64,000 nucleotides of DNA from an uncultured Gammaproteobacteria bacterium. Lineage in GTDB: Bacteria; Patescibacteriota; Patescibacteriia; CAIXNZ01. Shown one piece after another: positions 57,251 to 64,000 of this stretch. Within the stretch, counting starts at the first letter, position 1, and the number at the start of each line of letters is the position of its first letter. Location of the stretch: assembly GCA_964590345.1 (NCBI GenBank), contig CAZPVP010000004.1, positions 42 to 64,041 of the forward strand, written 5' to 3'. The position numbers were made by a program, and so were the translations under genes. The notes under the pieces were generated by a model. That model saw nothing but the letters and a program-made list of their open reading frames with translations, ran no database searches and was not told the origin of the DNA.

Positions 57251-57895
57251 ATGGCTGTTGAAGCAAAAAAATTTAAAAGAGCAGAGGAAGAAGCAAAAAA
57301 GCCAGCAGAAAAGTCAGAGGTAATTGAATTAAAAACATGGAGAGAAGAACAAGAAGAAAGATTAGACAAAGTGGGTGAACTTTGGCAGTCTTTTATTGAG
57401 AGAGAAGAAGCAAAATTAATGCCAAAAAAGACAGAGAAAAAAGAAGGTATTGAATTAGAACCATTAACAGGTACCAAAAAAGTGCCTTTGGCTACTTATG
57501 AAGAGCAATTAGAAGAGATAAAAGAAACAAAAAAAGGTGCTGAAGAAGTGCCAAAAAAATCATCAGTTTTGTCCGAATCATTTGAAGCATTAGTTCCAGA
57601 AAAAGATGAAATAAAAAAAACATTAGAAGAAGAAAAAGCTTTGGGTAAAGAATTGTTGTATAAACAAAGAGAAAGAGATTTGGCTGAAAGAGCTGAAAAA
57701 CAATATAAAGGTTTGTTTAGAGCAAGAAAACATTTTGCTGATTTAGATATAAAAAAACCAAAAACAAAATTGGAAAAAGAATTAAAACCTGGGGCTCGTG
57801 TGATTTCCTATGTTTTCCCATTTGAAGGTTGGGATTATCAAATTAAAGATAAACCAACAGAGGATCATAAAACTATTTATTTATATCAACGGTAA
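57251..57895 (+). CDS. Hypothetical Glu/Lys-rich protein with a methyltransferase-like C-terminal fragment
   Basis: Charged low-complexity N-terminus; tail KLEKELKPGARVISYVFPFEGW resembles the end of class I SAM methyltransferases. Confidence 0.5.
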   Translation: MAVEAKKFKRAEEEAKKPAEKSEVIELKTWREEQEERLDKVGELWQSFIEREEAKLMPKKTEKKEGIELEPLTGTKKVPLATYEEQLEEIKETKKGAEEVPKKSSVLSESFEALVPEKDEIKKTLEEEKALGKELLYKQRERDLAERAEKQYKGLFRARKHFADLDIKKPKTKLEKELKPGARVISYVFPFEGWDYQIKDKPTEDHKTIYLYQR

Positions 57896-57898
57896 TTT

Positions 57899-59461
57899 AT
57901 GACTGATTTTGAAAAAAAACAATATATAAAGCCAGAAGTGAAAAAGATTGAAAACAAGAAGGGCGAAATTACTGAAAAGAAAAAGGAGGAAGAAAAAAAT
58001 GAACGAGCAATGGATATGGTTGCGCATGTTGAGTCAGAGATTTTACCTTTGCCAGAAGTTGAGAGACATTGTGATCAAATTGAGAGCTTAGAAAAAATGA
58101 AAATTGAGGTTGACCCAGATTGCGAACTTTATGTTGAAAGAGAGGGAAAAGGTGAGCCTTTAGTTTTATTACATGGTGGCCCAGGAGCAACTCATCACTA
58201 TTTTCATCCTCATTTCTCAAAGTTTAAAGATAATGCTCAAATGATCTATTATGATCAAAGAGGCTGTGGCCTGTCTGATTATGATAAAAACGGAAATTAT
58301 TCACTTGATCAGGCAGTTGATGATTTAGAAAAATTAAGAAAAAAACTTGGTTATGAAAAATGGTCAGTTTTAGGCCATTCATTTGGTGGTTTGCTTGCTC
58401 AAGCATATGCATTGAAATACCCTGATAAAGTAAAAGGATTGGTTTTAGTTGCAGCCAAACCAGGTATTCATGGATTAAAACCTTCAAGGGAAAATGAATT
58501 TATATCAAAAGAAGAAAAAAAAAGAATGGACGAAATTAGAGATAACAAAAAACTTTCAATACAAGAAATGTTATATAATGTAAATCTTAATGGTGACTGG
58601 AAAAGACAAAATTATTATAAACCTACCAAGCAAAAAATGGCTCAAATAGCTACAATTGAATGGGACCATGATGAAAAATTTAGAGATAAAGTGGCAGTTG
58701 AAGCAGATAATCTTGACTTAGAAGGATTTTTTCAGGAATGTCCTGTTCCAACATTAATAATGGAAGGCGAACATGATTTAACCTGGAATACTGATAAATC
58801 AATCAAGATGCAGGAAAATCATCCAAATGCTAGATTTATAAAATTTGACAAATCAGCTCATAATCCTTTTAGTGAAGAACCAAAAATTTTTTTTAATGAA
58901 CTTAAAGATTTTATGGCTAAGGAAAAAGATGTTAGCGTGAAAAAGATGGATGAATGGAAGCAAAATATTGAAGAAGTTAAAAAAGAAAGATTAAATAGTC
59001 CGGATGCAATTATTGATAATATCAAAAATAAGTGGTTGGAAAGCCAGAAAGATGAAAAGCCTAAAAGTTATTTTGAAGATAAAAATCATTATTTTAATGA
59101 TATTTTAAAACAATATAAAATTGAATGGATAAATAAAATGAAAAATCCAGGCAATGTTAATTCTTTAGGGCAAGCTCTTTTTGTAAATGAAAAGTATGAT
59201 GAAGCTTTGGCTTGTTTTCGCAAATCAGAAGAACTTAGTCATGACAATATTCCCAAGGCATTAGCTTTATTATGGCAGGCGCAAATGTTGGATTTGCAGA
59301 AGAATAGAAAACAAGCGCTTGAAATATATAAACAAATTATAGAAATGAAAATACCTAATATCGGAATTAATGTGAATGATTTAGGTTATGAATTTAAATT
59401 TGATGACCGTGTAAAAGAAAAAATAAAAAAACCTTTTGAGAAAAAAGAGATTGTTAAATAA
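57899..59461 (+). CDS. Alpha/beta hydrolase (proline iminopeptidase-like) with C-terminal TPR
   Basis: LHGGPG, YDQRGCG, GHSFGG nucleophile elbow, SAH; TPR-like tail. Confidence 0.88.
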   Translation: MTDFEKKQYIKPEVKKIENKKGEITEKKKEEEKNERAMDMVAHVESEILPLPEVERHCDQIESLEKMKIEVDPDCELYVEREGKGEPLVLLHGGPGATHHYFHPHFSKFKDNAQMIYYDQRGCGLSDYDKNGNYSLDQAVDDLEKLRKKLGYEKWSVLGHSFGGLLAQAYALKYPDKVKGLVLVAAKPGIHGLKPSRENEFISKEEKKRMDEIRDNKKLSIQEMLYNVNLNGDWKRQNYYKPTKQKMAQIATIEWDHDEKFRDKVAVEADNLDLEGFFQECPVPTLIMEGEHDLTWNTDKSIKMQENHPNARFIKFDKSAHNPFSEEPKIFFNELKDFMAKEKDVSVKKMDEWKQNIEEVKKERLNSPDAIIDNIKNKWLESQKDEKPKSYFEDKNHYFNDILKQYKIEWINKMKNPGNVNSLGQALFVNEKYDEALACFRKSEELSHDNIPKALALLWQAQMLDLQKNRKQALEIYKQIIEMKIPNIGINVNDLGYEFKFDDRVKEKIKKPFEKKEIVK

Positions 59462-59540
59462 ATTAAAAATATTGGTTTAAGTAGTAATTTTTGTTAAAAT
59501 TTAATTATATATAAAAATTAATTATTAATTTAAAAAAATT

Positions 59541-60689
59541 ATGCCAAATTTTGAAAAATCTATGTACGGGTTACCACCTGTACCTGAAAAAGATAAAAAA
59601 GAATCAAAATCTAGGGTACCTTTCGCGCCTAAAAAAATAAGTGAAGATGGTAGTCTTGTAGATGAGAAGGAAAAAGGATCACAAGAAACTAGATTAATGA
59701 TGAGAAAATCTGAATCAGAAGAAGGTTCTGTTGAAAAAAAAGATAACAAAGATTTTGAATCTTTTAATGAACAAATTAGAGAATTAAGTATTGAGCAGGG
59801 GGCTATTGAAAGATATTGGCTTGATGGTTTTTCTGTGGGGCGACTTAATATGTATTGCGGTCAGGAATTAATTGAAAATTTTGGAGTGAAAAAAATTATT
59901 GGAGCAGCTCAAGCTATTGATAATGGTTTCGGTTTTCCTGATTTATATGATTTTATAAAACAACTAGAACCTGATCGTAAAAAAAGATTAGCTTTGTATG
60001 ATAAAATATCTGAAAGTGTTCAAATGAAAAAACAGGAATTAGGTAAGATAACCGATGATGAGGGTGATATTGTTGCAAACAAAGCTGATTATAAAGCATC
60101 CGCAGAAAATGATCCAGAATATAATATTACAATTACTGAATGTGGTAATTCAGAAAATGTTATTATATCAAAAGAAAAAGTTTTAGAAAAGTTAAAAAAA
60201 TTAGACAGTAAGTATTTTATTTTACCGAAAATATTAACTAAAAAATTTGCAAAAGAGATGACAAGTTCTAATTTTGTTGAAGCTATTAATCAAAGCATAT
60301 CTAATAATCCCGAAGAGATCCAGCGTGATCTAGAGAAGTATGATGGTAATCTCCATATGTTAGCAGCAGAAAGAATGAAAGAGGCTAATAAAGAAATGAT
60401 ACCTGAATGGCAAGGAAAAGTTAGTGGATTAAAGGTTGAGATAATGCAACATATAGATAAAATTAAAAATGAAGAAGGAGATAATTATTTTCAAAAATTA
60501 GATCAAGTCATGTCCGAATTGGAGGGCGTAACAAAATTAGCTGAAAAAGCTAAAGCAAAATCTCTTACGGATAATGTAATAAAAGAAGCAAAACAAAAAT
60601 TGGAACAAGTAGAATTAGATTCTGATGCAGTGATTAGTAAACGGACAGAAAAATTCAAAAAACTTTTTAACCATGCAATATTTCAATAA
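59541..60689 (+). CDS. Hypothetical protein
   Basis: 382-aa open frame, no recognised motif. Confidence 0.65.
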   Translation: MPNFEKSMYGLPPVPEKDKKESKSRVPFAPKKISEDGSLVDEKEKGSQETRLMMRKSESEEGSVEKKDNKDFESFNEQIRELSIEQGAIERYWLDGFSVGRLNMYCGQELIENFGVKKIIGAAQAIDNGFGFPDLYDFIKQLEPDRKKRLALYDKISESVQMKKQELGKITDDEGDIVANKADYKASAENDPEYNITITECGNSENVIISKEKVLEKLKKLDSKYFILPKILTKKFAKEMTSSNFVEAINQSISNNPEEIQRDLEKYDGNLHMLAAERMKEANKEMIPEWQGKVSGLKVEIMQHIDKIKNEEGDNYFQKLDQVMSELEGVTKLAEKAKAKSLTDNVIKEAKQKLEQVELDSDAVISKRTEKFKKLFNHAIFQ

Positions 60690-60702
60690 TTAGATTTTGG
60701 TT

Positions 60703-61059
60703 ATGGATTTATCAAAAATTAAAAAAGTGCATATTATCGGCATTGGCGGGCTTGGTATGTCTGCTGTGGCTAAGCTTTTATTAAATCAGGGCAAGACAGT
60801 GACTGGCTCTGATCTTGTTGATTCTGAAACAGTTGAAACATTAATTAATTTTGGTGCACAAATAAAAACAGGGGAACACCTATCTGAAAATGTTGCTGAT
60901 GATTGTGATTTAATAATTTTTACAGATGCTGTGGCAGAAGATAATCCTGAGAGAATCAAAAGTAAACAATTAAATATTGAAAGTTTAAGTTATTTCCAGT
61001 TTCCCAAGCATTACCTGCAAATGTACGGCTGTTATGCCAAGACTGGCAGGGGCAAGTAG
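60703..61059 (+). pseudogene. murC: UDP-N-acetylmuramate--L-alanine ligase, N-terminal fragment only
   Basis: VHIIGIGGLGMSAVA, VTGSD, AVAEDNPE; similarity stops at SYFQF before the ATP-binding motif. Confidence 0.8.
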
Positions 61060-61134
61060 CTGAATAAATTCACTTTCTTCCAGTTCAACAGTTTCGCCTG
61101 TTTCAATTTTTATTTCTTGACCTCCTACCTTCAT
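60985..61134 (-). CDS. Short ORF or gene fragment (49 aa)
   Basis: AAAGAGGAG RBS 14 bp after the DHH-family stop; MKVGGQEIKIETGETVELEESEFIQLLAPASLGITAVHLQVMLGKLEIT; runs into the murC fragment. Confidence 0.45.
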   Translation of the reverse strand: MKVGGQEIKIETGETVELEESEFIQLLAPASLGITAVHLQVMLGKLEIT

Positions 61135-61148
61135 TTTTTCCTCCTCTT

Positions 61149-62285
61149 TTATTTTTTTAAATTATTTTTAATACTTTCAATCAATTCGCGTCCGGCTTCA
61201 ACCATGTCAGTCTTATCAATTTCAAATTCAGATAAGCGTTTATTGCCGCTAGGGTTAAAAGCTTTAGCCAGATATTGTGAATCATAATTTCTGGAAGTGT
61301 AAATAAGACCAGAGATTTTTTTATTTTGATTTTCATAAAATAAGACAATAATTTCTGCTTCTGGTGCCGAAGTGATTAATTCTTCAATAACTTCACTTAA
61401 GCTGGGGTTTTGAATGCTTAATTCAATAAAATCTTTTTGCTGTAAATATGACCAGGCCATTTTGTCTTGCGGATCATTTTTAAGGCGCGCTAAAACTTTG
61501 CCCCAAAGTTTTAAAGTATTGATTGATTTTGTCCTATATAAATGTTGAATAATTAGATCGCGCTCGGCACCGTTTAAAATTAATTGGCTGGCAATATTTA
61601 AAGCGCGCGGTGTAACATTAGACGAACGAAAACTTTTTGTCTTAGTGATCAAACCAGTCAAAAGGCAAGTAGCGATTTCTTCATCAATTAATTTAAGATC
61701 ATAATCCTCAATTAGATCAAAAATAATTTCAGCAATTGAAGTTTTGGTCAGCTCAACAAGATTAATTTGACCATATTGTTCATTTTCCGGATTGTGATCA
61801 ATATTAATTATTGGCGTGTTAAAGAAAAAATCAGTATTTTGTTCATAAGCTTGGCCCAAAGATTCCAGATCATCAGTATCAATGGTAATGATTAAATCAT
61901 ATTTATAATTGCCTGATTTTAAAGAAATTTTTTCTTCATCAAAGTATCCTTTTTCGGGTGTAATATAGATATTTAGTTTTTCATCTTTAACATCATAAGA
62001 AAAATCCTTGACTTTGTTATCCTTGATTTCCAAAGAGACAATATACCTTTTTAAGCAGGATATTTCTGATTTGATCTTGCCAATTTGTGGCAAAAATTTA
62101 TAATTTTGAGGGATTGCAAAATCCTGGCAAACAATATCAGCTTGCTTATCAAGTTTTTTTAAGAGTAAAAAAATAGCCAAAGCAGAAGCGAGTGCGTCAC
62201 CAGAAAAATTCTTTTTAAAAATAATCAGAATATTTTGGCTATTTTTTACCAATTCAAAAATTTGTTGATTTGCAGAAAGCCCCAT
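61149..62285 (-). CDS. DHH family phosphoesterase-like protein (NrnA-like, degenerate)
   Basis: GDALAS, DLIITID, INIDHN (DHH to DHN), ATCLLTGLI..T.SF. Confidence 0.8.
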   Translation of the reverse strand: MGLSANQQIFELVKNSQNILIIFKKNFSGDALASALAIFLLLKKLDKQADIVCQDFAIPQNYKFLPQIGKIKSEISCLKRYIVSLEIKDNKVKDFSYDVKDEKLNIYITPEKGYFDEEKISLKSGNYKYDLIITIDTDDLESLGQAYEQNTDFFFNTPIINIDHNPENEQYGQINLVELTKTSIAEIIFDLIEDYDLKLIDEEIATCLLTGLITKTKSFRSSNVTPRALNIASQLILNGAERDLIIQHLYRTKSINTLKLWGKVLARLKNDPQDKMAWSYLQQKDFIELSIQNPSLSEVIEELITSAPEAEIIVLFYENQNKKISGLIYTSRNYDSQYLAKAFNPSGNKRLSEFEIDKTDMVEAGRELIESIKNNLKK

Positions 62286-62543
62286 GATTTATAAATCCCA
62301 AATAACAAATGACAAATATCAAATGTTGTATTATTGAGTGATTTTTTAGTTTATAATTTATTTTAAATTGTGTCAAGCGGTTTAGATTAATTTGGCTAAC
62401 TTGTCAAGGATGTCTAATTTTGGTAAAATTTTGAATATTAGTCTTAGTTTTTAGTCATAGCTACGAGTTTTGTCTTAAGTGTGAAGTTTAAAGTTTAATA
62501 TGGATTATAGTTAACAAACAAGAAAATAACAAGTTATCGAGAT

Positions 62544-62909
62544 TTGGATGTTTATCAACGTTCATATGAAGTATCTCTCTTGGTTATGAAGAAAATAGTT
62601 CCTAATTTGCCTGCAAATGAAAAATACGATTTAGGTAATCAATTATCAAGATCATCAAAAGCAGTTCCTCGCTTAATTGCTGAGGGTTTTGCGAAAAAGC
62701 ATCAAAAAGCAGGGTTTCAAAAATATTTAACAGATGCACTTGCTGAATCCAATGAGTCACAGGTAAGTTTATGCCATTGTAGAGATTTGTATTCTGATTG
62801 TATGGATTTAGAATTATGCGAAAAGTTAATTAAAGAATATGATATTATTAGTAAACAGCTTTATAAATTGCTTGAAGCCTGGAGTAAGTTTTCTGATAAA
62901 AAAGACTAA
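62544..62909 (+). CDS. Four-helix bundle protein (23S rRNA-IVP/S23 family)
   Basis: SYRDLDVYQ, LPANEKYDLGNQL.RSS.AV...IAEG, ESNES; start codon uncertain. Confidence 0.85.
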   Translation: MDVYQRSYEVSLLVMKKIVPNLPANEKYDLGNQLSRSSKAVPRLIAEGFAKKHQKAGFQKYLTDALAESNESQVSLCHCRDLYSDCMDLELCEKLIKEYDIISKQLYKLLEAWSKFSDKKD

Positions 62910-62974
62910 GACATTTCTACTTGTTACTAAGCACGTTGCACGTTGCTATGACTATGATACCTTAACCTATATTT

Positions 62975-64000
62975 ATGAAAAATATCCCTAAAACATATAA
63001 TCCAAAAGAAACCGAAGATAAAATCTACCAAAAATGGGAAAAATTAGGTTATTTTAATCCTGATAATTTAAATCTTCCTAAAGATGCAGATTATTTTTCT
63101 ATTGCTATGCCTCCGCCAAACAGAACAGGCACCTTGCATACTGGCCATGCCATTATGCTGGCTTATCAGGATTTAATGGTCAGATATCAGCGTTTAAAAC
63201 AGAAAAAAACATTATGGCTGCCAGGCACTGATCACGCGGCAATTGCTACTCAAGCTAAAGTAGAAAAGGATTTGTATAAAGAAGAAGGCAAAACTCGGCA
63301 TGATTTGGGCAAGGAAAAATTTTTGCAAAGAGTGATTGAATTTGCTGAAGAATCAGGCAGAATCATTAAACAGCAAGTGCGTAAAATGGGTTCTTCCTGC
63401 GACTGGTCTCGGGAACGTTATACTTTGGATAAGGGTCTGTCGCAAGTAGTTAAATATGCATTTGTAAAAATGTATGAAGCAGGCTTGATTTATCGCGGTT
63501 ATCGCATTGTTAACTGGTGCCCCAAATGCATGTCAACTTTGTCTGATGATGAAGTTGAATATGAGCAAGCTAAAGGTAAATTCTATACTTTTAAATATGC
63601 CAAAGATTTTCCCATGGCAATTTCCACGACTCGTCCTGAAACCAAATTGGGTGATACTGCTGTGGCTGTTAATCCCAAGGATAAACGCTATAAAAAATAT
63701 ATTGGCCAGGAATTTACAGTTGATATTGGTGCCGGGCCGCAAAAAATAAAAATTATTGCTGATGATTCAGTTGACATGAAATTCGGTACAGGTGCTTTGG
63801 GTGTGACGCCAGCTCATTCCATGATTGACTATGAAATGGCCCAGAAAAACGATTTGCCAGTTATAAAAGTAATCGGCGAGGAAGGCAAAATGACTAAAGA
63901 GGCAGGCAAAAAATATGAAGGCTTGTCAGTTTTAAAAGCCCGGGAAAAATTAGTCAAATGGTTAAAAGATCAGGGCTTGATGGAAAAAGAAGAAGAAATT
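62975..64000 (+). CDS. valS: Valine--tRNA ligase, 5' part (runs off window)
   Basis: Manual translation MKNIPKTYNPKETEDKIYQKW..., MPPPNRTGTLHTGHA, WLPGTDHAAIATQ, TTRPET. Confidence 0.96.
   Translation, partial: MKNIPKTYNPKETEDKIYQKWEKLGYFNPDNLNLPKDADYFSIAMPPPNRTGTLHTGHAIMLAYQDLMVRYQRLKQKKTLWLPGTDHAAIATQAKVEKDLYKEEGKTRHDLGKEKFLQRVIEFAEESGRIIKQQVRKMGSSCDWSRERYTLDKGLSQVVKYAFVKMYEAGLIYRGYRIVNWCPKCMSTLSDDEVEYEQAKGKFYTFKYAKDFPMAISTTRPETKLGDTAVAVNPKDKRYKKYIGQEFTVDIGAGPQKIKIIADDSVDMKFGTGALGVTPAHSMIDYEMAQKNDLPVIKVIGEEGKMTKEAGKKYEGLSVLKAREKLVKWLKDQGLMEKEEEI

Noticed and set aside
63507-63749. Short ORFs near the window end
   Set aside because: Alternative frames within valS, which the ORF track missed because it has no stop in the window

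Overview
AT-rich bacterial chromosome segment with a gene set typical of Patescibacteria/CPR (Parcubacteria-like; the taxonomy is inferred from gene content only). Housekeeping content: 3' end of 23S rRNA, 5S rRNA, RNase P RNA, tRNAs, ileS, trpS, partial valS, ruvA, uvrA, rnj, secG, rplS, queA, four-subunit pyruvate:ferredoxin oxidoreductase, glycosyltransferases and two tandem CCA-type nucleotidyltransferases. Main highlights: (1) a complete diversity-generating retroelement at 14.6-17.4 kb (VR/TR differ at 19 of 121 bp, 18 at TR adenines) with an unusual layout, in which avd is inverted and back-to-back with the RT start codon and a promoter-driven structured RNA lies upstream of TR; (2) an intact tRNA-Ile(UAU) nested inside the anticodon loop of a paralogous tRNA-like gene; (3) several families of small palindromic or MITE-like repeats that enter RNA genes and CDSs; (4) candidate ncRNAs and a conserved 5' leader; (5) a type II R-M plus HEPN defence cassette; (6) an unannotated histone H1-like small ORF and an amber-interrupted beta-barrel-like gene. 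All alignments and folds were done by eye; no database searches were run.
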